Source: Nocardioidaceae bacterium (GTDB taxonomy: Bacteria; Actinomycetota; Actinomycetes; Propionibacteriales; Nocardioidaceae). Taken from it: a stretch of DNA of 38,997 nt. Shown piece after piece: positions 15,355 to 24,296 of this stretch (positions within the stretch are counted from its first letter, which is position 1; the number at the start of each line of letters is the position of its first letter). The stretch spans positions 1 through 38,997 of the forward strand of contig JANLYC010000123.1 of the NCBI GenBank assembly GCA_031365435.1, read 5' to 3'. Below the pieces are notes generated by a model. That model was not told the DNA's origin. It did not search any database and saw nothing but the letters and a program-made list of their open reading frames with translations. The translations under genes were made by a program, and so were the position numbers.

Positions 15355-16590
15355 ATGCCCACCGACGACCACCACCTCTATCCCGCGGGCCTGCGCCTGT
15401 CGGGGCGCAAGGTCGTAGTCATCGGCGGCGGTCATGTCGCCCAGCGACGGATCCCCGTCCTCCTCGCAGCAGGCGCCGTCGTCGAGGTCATCTCCCCTGA
15501 GACGACACCCGCCGTCGAAGGACATGTACGGGCCGGCGAGATCAGCTGGCACAGGCGACCGTATGTCGACGGCGACCTCGAGGGCGCGTGGTATGTCGTG
15601 TGCGCCTCCGACCAGCCTGCAGTCAACGCTGCTGTCTCGCGGGAGGCGGAGGAGCGGCGCGTCTTCTGCGTGCGGTCTGACGACGCAGCGGCGGCGACTG
15701 CGTGGACGCCTGCGGTGGGGCGGCATGGGCCGCTCACGGTGGCGGTGCTCGGTGGTCGGGACCCGCGACGATCTGCCTCCGTGCGCGACGAGATCGTGCA
15801 CCGGCTGCGCAGCGGCGAGATCGTCGCCCCCAAGGACCGAGCACGCCGCCCCGGCGTGACGTTGGTGGGTGGTGGCCCTGGCGACCCCGATCTGATCACG
15901 GTCGCCGGCCGACGGGCCTTGCAGGAGGCCGATGTCGTCATCGCCGACCGGCTGGCGCCCCGCGAGCTGTTGGCGGAGCTGGCGCCTCACGTCCAGCTCA
16001 TCGATGCCGCCAAGCTGCCCCGCGGGCGGTCTACGTCCCAGCAGGTGATCAACGAGCTGATGGTCGAGCACGCCCTGGCCGGCCGGAGCGTCGTGCGCTT
16101 CAAGGGTGGAGACCCGTTCGTGTTCGGACGCGGCTTCGAGGAAGCACAGGCCTGCGCCGAGAAGGGGGTCGAGTTCCGGGTGATCCCGGGTATCACCAGT
16201 GCCACGTCAGTACCTGCCCTGTGCGGTATCCCGGTGACGCACCGCGGCGTAGCCCACGAGTTCACGGTCGTCTCGGGACATGTACCGCCTGGGCACGAGA
16301 GCTCCCTCGTGGACTGGGACGCGCTGGGGCGGCTGCGGGGGACGTTGGTGCTCCTGATGGCTGTCGACAACCTGCCGATGATCACGGCCGCGCTCGTAGC
16401 GGCCGGTCGGTCCAAGGAAACACCGGCTGCCGTGATCCAGGACGGCTCGCTGAGGTCACAGCGGGTCCTGTTCTCGACGCTGGGCTCGGTGGCGCCGGAC
16501 CTCATCGCCCAGGAGCTGCGACCGCCCGCCATCGTCGTGATCGGGGAGGTCGTCGGCGTGGCTCATGCGCTGGGCGCCGTCGTCGCCTGA
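15355..16590 (+). CDS. cysG: Bifunctional siroheme synthase-like protein (precorrin-2 dehydrogenase N-domain + uroporphyrinogen-III C-methyltransferase)
   Basis: 411 aa. N-terminal Rossmann [16 protein letters not shown]. The C-terminal SUMT domain has [41 protein letters not shown] and IPGITSA. Confidence 0.85.
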   Translation: MPTDDHHLYPAGLRLSGRKVVVIGGGHVAQRRIPVLLAAGAVVEVISPETTPAVEGHVRAGEISWHRRPYVDGDLEGAWYVVCASDQPAVNAAVSREAEERRVFCVRSDDAAAATAWTPAVGRHGPLTVAVLGGRDPRRSASVRDEIVHRLRSGEIVAPKDRARRPGVTLVGGGPGDPDLITVAGRRALQEADVVIADRLAPRELLAELAPHVQLIDAAKLPRGRSTSQQVINELMVEHALAGRSVVRFKGGDPFVFGRGFEEAQACAEKGVEFRVIPGITSATSVPALCGIPVTHRGVAHEFTVVSGHVPPGHESSLVDWDALGRLRGTLVLLMAVDNLPMITAALVAAGRSKETPAAVIQDGSLRSQRVLFSTLGSVAPDLIAQELRPPAIVVIGEVVGVAHALGAVVA

Positions 16591-16647
16591 CCCGATCTGG
16601 TCTCCACCCACGGGCTACCGCGGTCGCCCTGCTGAGATCATGTCCGG

Positions 16648-17469
16648 ATGGCGGTGCTGACCTGGGTCGAGGACCCAGCGGATCCGCGGCTTGCGGACTA
16701 CGTGTCGCTGCGGGACGTCCAGCTGCGCCGTCACCTCGAGGCTGACAACGGGTTCTTCATCGCCGAGGGCGAGAAGGTGGTGCGGCGCGGGGTGGCCGGC
16801 GGTTTTCCCGTCCGGTCGTTCCTGATGGCTGAGCGGTGGCTTGCGGGTCTGGCCGATGAGCTGGCCACCGCAGGCGACGTGCCGTGTTACGTCGTGTCGG
16901 AAGCCGTGGCCGAGCAGGTCACCGGCTTCCACGTGCACCGCGGGGCGCTTGCCGCGCTGGAACGGCCGCCACTGCCGAGCGTGGACGCGGTGCTGGACGG
17001 AGCGCGACGGATCGTCCTGCTCGAAAACATCGTCGACCACACGAACGTGGGAGCGATCTTCCGCAGTGCCGCCGCGCTGGGCATGGACGCGGTGCTGCTG
17101 TCGCCGCGGTGCGCGGACCCGCTCTACCGCCGGTCGGTCAAGGTTGCCATGGGGGCGGTGTTCTCGGTTCCGTGGACACGGGTCGAGGACTGGTACGAGA
17201 CGGTGCCCGCGTTGGCCGACCGCGGATTCGTCACCATTGCCCTGACACCAGATGGGGACGCCGAGCAGCTCCCCGAAGTCCTTGAACGCATGACGACCGA
17301 CAGAGTCTGCCTTATCCTGGGGTCCGAGGGGCCAGGTCTATCCACCCGCTGGTTGAGCAGCGCCACGATCAGAGCCGGTTTCGCGATGGCGCACGACGTG
17401 GATTCGCTCAACGTCGCAGCAGCAGCCGCGTTAGCCTTCTTCGTCGTCGGTCGGCACATGAGGTCCTAG
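16648..17469 (+). CDS. TrmH/SpoU-family RNA 2'-O-methyltransferase
   Basis: 273 aa. SpoU motifs are NVGAIFRSAAALG, LILGSEGPGLS and DSLNVAAAAAL. Confidence 0.85.
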   Translation: MAVLTWVEDPADPRLADYVSLRDVQLRRHLEADNGFFIAEGEKVVRRGVAGGFPVRSFLMAERWLAGLADELATAGDVPCYVVSEAVAEQVTGFHVHRGALAALERPPLPSVDAVLDGARRIVLLENIVDHTNVGAIFRSAAALGMDAVLLSPRCADPLYRRSVKVAMGAVFSVPWTRVEDWYETVPALADRGFVTIALTPDGDAEQLPEVLERMTTDRVCLILGSEGPGLSTRWLSSATIRAGFAMAHDVDSLNVAAAAALAFFVVGRHMRS

Positions 17470-17478
17470 GGGGGCTAG

Positions 17479-18942
17479 GTGAGGAGTCAGCGCTCGGGCC
17501 TCGCCGGCGCCGTGCGCCAGGTGCACGAGACCCTCGAGACTCTTCACGCTGCACCCAACCCGCGCAAGGCCATGCCGGAGTTCTGTCGGGGCATCCGAGA
17601 CGTCCTGGGAGCGCGAACCATCCTGGTCTACCTCGTCGACGGGGAGTCGGTCGAGGCCGTCGCCTTCGCTGGTCACGAGTCCGCCCAGGCGCTCATCGGA
17701 AGCCGGAGTCACCTCAGCGACTGGAACGACCTGCTCGCCGGCTCGCCGTCGTCGTACGGCGTCCACCAGTGCATCGACCCCCGTGCGTTCCTCGACGAGG
17801 TGGTCCACGAGGCCGCCGACTCCGAGCCGGAGATGCACGGGAACGGTGACCGGTGGGGGGCGCTCAACCTGTTCGTCGCCCCGGTCGCGACGCCCGAAGC
17901 CCTCGTCGGCCTGATCACCGCGACCTTTCCGGCCGGTTCCACCCGTCCCGACCCGGCGGTCGCGCCGCTGCTGGGGCTCTTCGCCTCCCAGGCTAGCGTG
18001 GCGTTCCACCACCAGACGTTCGTCCAGCGCTCGTCCGAAGACCATCTGGCCCTGCGACTGAGCGAGGAGCGGTTTCGGCTCGCGTTCGACAACGCCCCCA
18101 TCGGGATGGCGGAGTTCATCGAGGGTCCCAGCGGTCTCGAGATCGCCCGGATCAACCGGGCCGCCGGTGTCATGTTCGGGATCAACGTGTTCGGCGCACG
18201 GCACGAACCCATCGACCGGGTGCTCACGGTGGTGCACGGAGAGCCGCTCGGTGATCTGATGATCAGGCTGCTGCGCGACGACCGCCGTGGCCTGCGCATG
18301 GAGGTGCCGTTCGTCGGCGCCGACGGTGGCGAGTTCTGGGGACTCGTCGAGGCGGCCTCGCTGATGGACGGGGGAGGCCGGCCCGGCGTGCTGTGCCAGA
18401 TCGTCGACATCACCCAGTCGAAGAACGAGGAGCGCGAGCTCACCATGCGCGCTCAGCACGACCCGCTGACCGGTCTGCCCAACCGGCTCACGGTGCTGGA
18501 CCACCTCGACACCGTCGTCCGCGAGGCGCGCGAGACCGAGCAGCTCGGGGCACTCCTGTTCTGCGACCTCGACAACTTCAAGCAGGTCAACGACAAGCAC
18601 GGGCACCTGGTGGGGGACGACGCCCTGGCGGCGATCTCGACCCGGCTGCACCAGACGGTCCGCAAGGACGACATCGCAGGCCGGTTCGGCGGCGATGAGT
18701 TCGTCGTCGTCGGCTTCCCGGTGAGCCAGGAGGAGGCCCAGGCGCTCGGCGAACGCATCCAGGAGGCTCTCTCGGAGCCGATGGTGCTGGACGGGGTCGC
18801 CCTGCGGGTCGGCGTCAGCATCGGGATCGCGATGATCACCGGCGCGGTCGAGGCCTCCGAGGTGCTTCGACGTGCCGACGCCGCCATGTATGCCGTCCGG
18901 GCCCGGCAGAACCGGCCGACCTTCGTGGTCGACACGGCGTAG
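17479..18942 (+). CDS. Diguanylate cyclase with GAF-like and PAS sensory domains (GGDEF)
   Basis: 487 aa, GTG start after AGGGGGG. PAS: SEERFRLAFDNAPIGMAEF. GGDEF domain: HDPLTGLPNR, DLDNFKQVNDKHGH..GD, RFGGDEFVVV. An RxxD I-site (RKDD) lies 5 residues before GGDEF. Confidence 0.88.
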   Translation: MRSQRSGLAGAVRQVHETLETLHAAPNPRKAMPEFCRGIRDVLGARTILVYLVDGESVEAVAFAGHESAQALIGSRSHLSDWNDLLAGSPSSYGVHQCIDPRAFLDEVVHEAADSEPEMHGNGDRWGALNLFVAPVATPEALVGLITATFPAGSTRPDPAVAPLLGLFASQASVAFHHQTFVQRSSEDHLALRLSEERFRLAFDNAPIGMAEFIEGPSGLEIARINRAAGVMFGINVFGARHEPIDRVLTVVHGEPLGDLMIRLLRDDRRGLRMEVPFVGADGGEFWGLVEAASLMDGGGRPGVLCQIVDITQSKNEERELTMRAQHDPLTGLPNRLTVLDHLDTVVREARETEQLGALLFCDLDNFKQVNDKHGHLVGDDALAAISTRLHQTVRKDDIAGRFGGDEFVVVGFPVSQEEAQALGERIQEALSEPMVLDGVALRVGVSIGIAMITGAVEASEVLRRADAAMYAVRARQNRPTFVVDTA

Positions 18943-18952
18943 CCGCGATCGA

Positions 18953-19528
18953 CTAGGCTTCGACGGGCGCGGTGGCCGGCCAGCCGGGCGGGAACTCGGC
19001 GGCGTACTTCTCGGCCTCCTTGAAGAGCTTCTTGCGCTGACGCGCGGACAATCGGTCGCCGAAGACCGTTCCCACGAGGTGGTCGCACTCGTGCTGCAGG
19101 CAGCGGGCGAGCAGTCCGCTGCCTGAGTACGTGACCGGTTCGCCGCGCTCGTCGAAACCCGTGACGGTCGCCTGGTGGGCCCGCGCGCACGGGACGAACG
19201 CTCCAGGCAGGGAGAGACAGCCCTCGTCGTCATCGTCGAGCAGGCGGTCCTTGCCCTCCGGCACGACGAGGATCGGGTTGCACACGACGCCCCGGTGGCG
19301 CACGTGCTCGTCGTCGGGGCAGTCGAAGACGAAGACCTTGAGCGAGACGCCGATCTGGTTGGCCGCCAGGCCGACGCCGTCCGCGGCGTACATGGTGGCC
19401 ACCAGGTCGGCCACGAGCGAGCGCAGTGAGTCGTCGTACTTCGTGACCGCAGCGCATGGGGTGTGCATCACCGGCTCGCCCCAGCGGGTCATCGGACGGA
19501 TCGTGCCACCGGAGGGAAGCTCACTCAC
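18953..19528 (-). CDS. def: Peptide deformylase
   Basis: Motifs GVGLAANQIG, EGCLS.PG and QHECDHL. GTG 19528 is preceded by TAGCGT-N7; the alternative is ATG 19492. The track start 19822 is an over-extension into the next gene. Confidence 0.88.
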   Translation of the reverse strand: MSELPSGGTIRPMTRWGEPVMHTPCAAVTKYDDSLRSLVADLVATMYAADGVGLAANQIGVSLKVFVFDCPDDEHVRHRGVVCNPILVVPEGKDRLLDDDDEGCLSLPGAFVPCARAHQATVTGFDERGEPVTYSGSGLLARCLQHECDHLVGTVFGDRLSARQRKKLFKEAEKYAAEFPPGWPATAPVEA

Positions 19529-19535
19529 GCGCGCG

Positions 19536-19541
19536 ACGCTA
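19536..19541 (-). promoter_or_regulatory. Putative -10 hexamer TAGCGT, 7 nt upstream of def GTG 19528
   Basis: The minus strand reads TAGCGT-CGCGCGC-GTG. Confidence 0.35.
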
Positions 19542-19562
19542 TCGCAGCCGACCGGGCCGAGC

Positions 19563-20354
19563 TCAGGCGAACTGCCAGGACCGCTTGGACAGGCCGTACC
19601 AGAAACCCTCCACGACCGAACGTCCCTGCACGTCCGCCGCGGAGCCTGCCAGGCTGGCCCCCAGGCTGACGAAGAGCGGTGCGAAATGCTCCGTCCGTGG
19701 GTGGGCGAGCCTGGCCGCGGGCGCCTTGTGCAGGAAATCCACGACGGCGTCGACGTCACGCAGCGCGATCGCGTCGGCGATCCAGTGGTCGAAGTCCTGG
19801 GACCACGACGGTGGTGCGGCATCAGGAGGGGACTGCATGCTGATCAGGCTGAGATTGTGCGTGGTGAAGCCACTGCCAAGGATCAGGACCCCTTCGTCCC
19901 GGAGTGGCGCGAGGCTGCGGCCGAGCTCGAGCAGGGTCACCGGGTCCAGCGTCGGCATCGAGATCTGCAGGGTCGGGATGTCGGCAGCAGGGAACATCTC
20001 GACGAGGGGCACGTAGGCGCCGTGGTCGAGCCCGCGCGCCGGAGCGTCGTGCACCGACTGCGCAGGAGAGGTGAGCAGCCCGCGCACCTTCGCCGCGAGC
20101 TCGGGGGCGCCCGGTGCCGGGTACTGGACCTGGTAGTAGTGCTCGGGAAAGCCCCAGAAGTCGTACACGAGCGGCACCGTCGTGGTGGCCCCGAGCGTCA
20201 GGGGCGCTTCTTCCCAGTGCGCAGAGACGACGAGGATGGCGGTCGGTGTCGGCAGCTCGCCGGCCCAGCTCGCCAGTTCGCGGGTCCACACCGCGTCGTC
20301 AGCGAGCGGGGGAGCGCCATGACTGAGGTAGATGATCGGCATGGGCTCCGGCAT
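19563..20354 (-). CDS. Class III extradiol ring-cleavage dioxygenase (LigB / 4,5-DOPA dioxygenase YgiD-like)
   Basis: 263 aa from ATG 20354, with GGAGAGGGG 5 nt upstream. Family-like motifs are PIIYLSHGAP, VVSAHWE, LDHGAYVPL, LGSGFTTHN and EHFAPLFV. Confidence 0.8.
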   Translation of the reverse strand: MPEPMPIIYLSHGAPPLADDAVWTRELASWAGELPTPTAILVVSAHWEEAPLTLGATTTVPLVYDFWGFPEHYYQVQYPAPGAPELAAKVRGLLTSPAQSVHDAPARGLDHGAYVPLVEMFPAADIPTLQISMPTLDPVTLLELGRSLAPLRDEGVLILGSGFTTHNLSLISMQSPPDAAPPSWSQDFDHWIADAIALRDVDAVVDFLHKAPAARLAHPRTEHFAPLFVSLGASLAGSAADVQGRSVVEGFWYGLSKRSWQFA

Positions 20355-20455
20355 CCGTGCCCCTCTCCAGATAGTTGAGGATTGAAGTATATCCCCTCCT
20401 GACCTCGTCGCTCGGTCGTCCTCGATGGTCGACTTGAGACGGTCTGATCCGCTGC

Positions 20456-20461
20456 TACGTT
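20456..20461 (+). promoter_or_regulatory. Putative -10 hexamer TACGTT, 7 nt upstream of the aldo/keto reductase ATG 20469
   Basis: TACGTT-GGAGCGT-ATG. Confidence 0.35.
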
Positions 20462-20468
20462 GGAGCGT

Positions 20469-21323
20469 ATGCCCCCATCCTCGCCCCATACCCCCCAACG
20501 GGTGCCCCTTGTGGCCCTCACGAGCGGAGCCGAGATCCCGCAAGTAGGTTATGGCGTCTTCCTCGTGCCCGAGGACGAGACCAAGGCGGCCGTGTCGGCG
20601 GCCCTCGAGGTCGGCTACCGACACATCGACACCGCGCGCGCCTACGACAACGAGGCCGCTGTCGGGGAAGCGATCTCAGCATCGGGCATCGACCGGGACG
20701 AGCTGTTCGTCACCACCAAGCTCTGGAACGACGACCAGGGCTACGACAAGGCCCTGGACGCCTTCGACGGCAGCCTGAAACGCCTCGGCCTCGACTTCGT
20801 CGACCTCTACCTGATCCACTGGCCGGTGCCGGCCCGGGACACCTACGTCGAGACCTGGAAGGCATTCGAGAAGGTGTACGCCGACGGGCGAGCACGCAGC
20901 ATCGGCGTCAGCAACTTCCAGCCCGCCCACCTGCAGCGACTGCTGGACGAGACCGAAGTCGTGCCGGCGGTCAACCAGGTCGAGCTGCACCCCTGGCTGC
21001 AGCAGCGGGAGCTTCGCGCCTTTCACGCCGAGCACGGGATCGTCACCGAGGCCTGGAGCCCGATCGCCCGGGCCAAGAAGCTCAGTGACCCGACCATCGG
21101 GCGCATCGCCGACAAGCACGGTGTGACGGCTGCCCAGGTGATCCTGCGGTGGCACCTCGACCTCGACAACGTCGTGATCCCCAAGTCGGTGAACCCTGAC
21201 CGGATGGCCGAGAACATCGACCTGTTCCGGATCCGTCTCGACGAGGAGGACCACGCGGCGATCGCCGGGCTGGAAGCCGGCACGCGCGTCGGACCCGACC
21301 CCGACAGCTTCGGCACCGACTGA
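20469..21323 (+). CDS. Aldo/keto reductase (2,5-diketo-D-gluconate reductase-like)
   Basis: AKR catalytic tetrad context is present: GYRHIDTARAYDNE, LFVTTKLWN and DLYLIHWP. Further motifs are IGVSNF, NQVELHP and IPKS...R. The alternative start is TTG 20460. Confidence 0.88.
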   Translation: MPPSSPHTPQRVPLVALTSGAEIPQVGYGVFLVPEDETKAAVSAALEVGYRHIDTARAYDNEAAVGEAISASGIDRDELFVTTKLWNDDQGYDKALDAFDGSLKRLGLDFVDLYLIHWPVPARDTYVETWKAFEKVYADGRARSIGVSNFQPAHLQRLLDETEVVPAVNQVELHPWLQQRELRAFHAEHGIVTEAWSPIARAKKLSDPTIGRIADKHGVTAAQVILRWHLDLDNVVIPKSVNPDRMAENIDLFRIRLDEEDHAAIAGLEAGTRVGPDPDSFGTD

Positions 21324-21333
21324 CCGCTGCCGG

Positions 21334-22251
21334 TCAGCCCTTGACGTAGGACAGCTTCTCGCACACCCGGCCGTCTCGGAAACGCAGCACGTCGACTCCA
21401 CGGACGTGACCAGCGGTCCCGTCCGGCTCGGTCCAGCTGAACCGCCACCGCAGCACGCCGCGGTCGGCGTGGACGAACGACTCCTCCTCGGTGAACGCCG
21501 CCCCCGGAGTGCCGCCGAACACGTCGATCCAGACGCCGCGGACTGCGTCTGCGCCCGTGAAGCGGGTGCCGTCGGGTGCCGGCGTCGTGGACTCGAACAC
21601 GCAGTCCTCGGTCATCAAGGCCATGATCTGGTCGACGTCGCCGCGTCCGAAGGCGGCCGAGAACGTTGCCAGCATCGCGTGGTTCGGTCCCCACGCTGCG
21701 TCTCGGCCCAGTGAGCTCAGCAGGCGTGACTGCGGGTCGTCTCCGCTCGGACCAATGGGGCCGATGGCGCCGCCGGCCCGGTACATGTCCATCCGGCCGT
21801 CGAACCACTCGGCGGTGACCGCGACGAGTGCTGGGTCGAGTACCCGATCACCTCCTGTCGCCACGGCAAGGTCCCAGGCATGGATCGTGTGGTCGAGCGT
21901 GAGCTGCCACAGATATTCCTCGGCGTCCTCGTCGCCGTACGACAGGTGCACCTTGCGCCCGCCGAGGGCGAGGTCCGCGAGGTCTGTGGCGTCCTCCGTC
22001 GCGGATCGTGCCGTCGCAAGAGGGTCGGCGCCGAGCATGTCGCCGTCGAAACGGCTGCCCACCTGCTCGATGGTCTGGCCCTGCATGAGGGGCTCCGCCC
22101 ACAGCTGCTCCACGACGACGTGGTTCAACAGGTCCCGAACCGTCCACGCCGTACAGGGGGTCGGCCGGTCGAGCTGATCGGGGGTGACTGCCCTGACCCG
22201 GGTGGACCAGGTGTTGAGCGCGTCGCGGTACGCGGCCTTGGCATCCGTCAT
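21334..22251 (-). CDS. Fusion of a mycothiol-dependent maleylpyruvate-isomerase-like (DinB/TIGR03086-type) domain and a SnoaL/NTF2-like domain
   Basis: 305 aa from ATG 22251, with a GGAGGAAGTGAGG region upstream. The N-terminal half (PTPCTAWTVRDLLNHVV, HAWDLA) resembles DinB-fold actinobacterial proteins. The C-terminal roughly 115 aa (FGRGDVDQIMALMTEDCVFEST...RGVDVLRFRDGRVCEKLSYVKG) resembles the SnoaL-like fold. Confidence 0.65.
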   Translation of the reverse strand: MTDAKAAYRDALNTWSTRVRAVTPDQLDRPTPCTAWTVRDLLNHVVVEQLWAEPLMQGQTIEQVGSRFDGDMLGADPLATARSATEDATDLADLALGGRKVHLSYGDEDAEEYLWQLTLDHTIHAWDLAVATGGDRVLDPALVAVTAEWFDGRMDMYRAGGAIGPIGPSGDDPQSRLLSSLGRDAAWGPNHAMLATFSAAFGRGDVDQIMALMTEDCVFESTTPAPDGTRFTGADAVRGVWIDVFGGTPGAAFTEEESFVHADRGVLRWRFSWTEPDGTAGHVRGVDVLRFRDGRVCEKLSYVKG

Positions 22252-22337
22252 CGTTGACCTCACTTCCTCCCCCGTGAGAGTGCTCCTTTGTCGACGTCCC
22301 GTCCATGGGTGCGCGGGCCATGGCCTCACGCATGTCA

Positions 22338-23042
22338 TCAGGAGAGGTGTTTGAGAGCTTCCCGGCGCGACAGGGCCGACAGGGGGACCGGAGCGTCGTC
22401 ACCATGGTCCGCCACGAAGGCGCGCACCCAGTCGGGGTCGGTCCTGGCGTAGTCGCGCAGCGCCCACCCGATGGCCTTGCGCAGGAAGAATTCTCTTTCG
22501 CCGAGGGCAGCAGTGATCGCCTCGGCGAGGAGAGCGACGTCCGTCTGCTGCCCGTGGCCGCGCTGGCAGATGATGGCGGCCCGGCGCAGCCACACGTCGG
22601 TCGACGCGGTCCAACCGCGGATCACCTGCTTCCCGGGGCGGTCGGCGAGCAGCACGTCGCCGACGCTCCGCGACGCGTCGTCGACGATGTCCCACCAGGC
22701 GCCCACGACGATGATGTGCTCGAGCAGCGGCAACGCCGCCCGGGTCAGGAACCCAACATAGCGACGGTGGGAGAGCAACATCAGCGCGGCGTAGCGTTCC
22801 TCCCGGTGGGTTGCCTCGTCGAAGAGTGCCCGCGTCGTCGCCTCCCACCGGGCGTGGTCGGTGAGCGGATGAGCGGCATACAGCGCTCGCGTGAGCCGAC
22901 GCAGCTCGGGCATCGGCACGCCGTAGTACGGCAGGGCAGACTTCATGTACCGCTGCATCTGCGGCGCTCGGACGGGGTCGCCCCGTCCGGCCAGCTCGCG
23001 GCGCACCGCAGCGACGAGATCGCGGTCGACCAGCGATGTCAC
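22338..23042 (-). CDS. DNA alkylation repair protein (AlkD-like HEAT-repeat family)
   Basis: 234 aa from GTG 23042, which overlaps the glgA stop (GTGA). Family-like features are MQRYMKS..PYYGV, WWDIVD, W..S...WLRR.AI.CQ and EFF.RKAIGWALR.Y. Confidence 0.7.
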   Translation of the reverse strand: MTSLVDRDLVAAVRRELAGRGDPVRAPQMQRYMKSALPYYGVPMPELRRLTRALYAAHPLTDHARWEATTRALFDEATHREERYAALMLLSHRRYVGFLTRAALPLLEHIIVVGAWWDIVDDASRSVGDVLLADRPGKQVIRGWTASTDVWLRRAAIICQRGHGQQTDVALLAEAITAALGEREFFLRKAIGWALRDYARTDPDWVRAFVADHGDDAPVPLSALSRREALKHLS

Positions 23043-24193
23043 GTCAGGCTGCGGTACAACGCCACCGTCTGGTCGGCGATAGCGGCCCAGTCGAAGGATG
23101 ACACGGCACGTGCGCGGCCGGCTCGTCCCATCTGTGCGGCGAGGCCGGGGTCGGCGACCAGCCGGTTGATCCGGTCGGCCAGAGCAGCCTCGAAGCCGGC
23201 CGTGTCGTCGGGTGTGTAGTCCACGAGCAGACCCGTCTCGCCATCGACGACGACCTCCGGGATCCCGCCGACGGCGCTCGCCACGACCGCCGTCTCGCAG
23301 GCCATCGCCTCGAGGTTGACGATGCCCAGCGGCTCGTACACCGAGGGGCACACGAACGCGAGCGCGTGGGTGAGCACCTGCCGCACGCTCTCGCGGGGCA
23401 ACATCTCACTGACCACGATGACGCCGTCACGTTCTGCGCGGAGCCGGGCGATCGCGGCGTCGGTCTCGGCCTTGAGCTCGGGAGTGTCGGCCGCCCCCGC
23501 GAGCAGCACCAGCTGGACCGTCGGGTCGAGACGCAGACCAGCGCGGAGCAGGTGGGGCACGCCTTTCTGCCGCGTGATGCGGCCGACGAACGTGACGTAG
23601 GGCCGACCGGCGTCGATGCCCAGCCTGTCGAGCAGCTCAGTCCCGCTGTCCGGGGCGTAGAACTCCGCGTCGATGCCGTTGTAGATGACGTGCAGGCGGT
23701 GGGGCTCGACCTCCGGGTACGCCGCGCGGACGTCCGCCGCCATCCCTTCGCTCACGGCGATGATGGCGTCGGCGCCGAGGTATGCCGTGCGTTCCACCCA
23801 GGACGACAATCGGTAACCGCCTCCCAGCTGCTCGGCCTTCCAGGGTCGCTGCGGTTCGAGGGAGTGGGCGGTCACCACGTGCGGGACGCCGTAGAGCAGG
23901 GAGCTGAGGTGGCCGGCCATGTTGGCGTACCACGTGTGGGAGTGCACCAGGTCGACGCCCGCGCACGCGGCTGCCATCGCAGTGTCGGCGGACAGCACGT
24001 GCAGCGCCGGGTTGGCGTCCGGGAACCGGCCGTCCTGCTCCGGTATGGCGACGGCTCCCTCGCGCTCCGCGCCGGTGCAGACGACGGTGACGTCGATCCG
24101 TTCACGCAGCTGACGGGCGAGGAAGTCGACGTGCACCCCGGCCCCGCCGTACACCTCGGGGGGAAACTCTCGGGTGAGCAGACCGACACGCAT
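23039..24193 (-). CDS. glgA: GT4 glycogen synthase of the actinobacterial GlgA type (mycobacterial homolog re-assigned as maltose-1-phosphate synthase GlgM)
   Basis: ATG 24193 gives MRVGLLTREFPPEVYGGAGVHV, the typical N-terminus of this family. The track start 24202 is a GTG 3 codons upstream. The C-terminal GT-B motifs are FVCPSVYEPLGIVNLEAMA and VGGIPEVV. The gene is divergent from glgC. Confidence 0.88.
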   Translation of the reverse strand: MRVGLLTREFPPEVYGGAGVHVDFLARQLRERIDVTVVCTGAEREGAVAIPEQDGRFPDANPALHVLSADTAMAAACAGVDLVHSHTWYANMAGHLSSLLYGVPHVVTAHSLEPQRPWKAEQLGGGYRLSSWVERTAYLGADAIIAVSEGMAADVRAAYPEVEPHRLHVIYNGIDAEFYAPDSGTELLDRLGIDAGRPYVTFVGRITRQKGVPHLLRAGLRLDPTVQLVLLAGAADTPELKAETDAAIARLRAERDGVIVVSEMLPRESVRQVLTHALAFVCPSVYEPLGIVNLEAMACETAVVASAVGGIPEVVVDGETGLLVDYTPDDTAGFEAALADRINRLVADPGLAAQMGRAGRARAVSSFDWAAIADQTVALYRSLT

Positions 24194-24200
24194 GACTCGC

Positions 24201-24206
24201 ACCCTA
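24201..24206 (-). promoter_or_regulatory. Putative -10 hexamer TAGGGT, 7 nt upstream of the glgA ATG
   Basis: The minus strand reads CGCTAGGGT-GCGAGTC-ATG. It is part of a 9-bp inverted repeat with 24282-24290. Confidence 0.4.
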
Positions 24207-24284
24207 GCGACGTTCGTCGCAGGTCGGAACGTGTTGCGGTGCCTTCCATCGTTCGAGACCGCCCCACGGGCGCGGACTGGCCGC

Positions 24285-24290
24285 TAGGGT
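24285..24290 (+). promoter_or_regulatory. Putative -10 hexamer TAGGGT, 6 nt upstream of the glgC ATG
   Basis: CGCTAGGGT-CGGAGC-ATG. Confidence 0.4.
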
Positions 24291-24296
24291 CGGAGC

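Noticed and set aside
14725-16071. Long N-terminal extensions in the ORF track: the 448-aa version of the PEBP gene, and likewise 6642-7886, 18953-19822, 19563-20624, 22338-23351, 33925-35337 and 35253-36836
   Set aside because: The extensions are Arg/Pro-rich and overlap neighbouring genes. They also precede internal starts that give family-typical N-termini and have SD, overlap or TANNNT support.
17431-19233. 600-aa ORF on the minus strand
   Set aside because: It is antisense to the GAF-PAS-GGDEF gene and runs into def out of frame. It has shadow-ORF composition.
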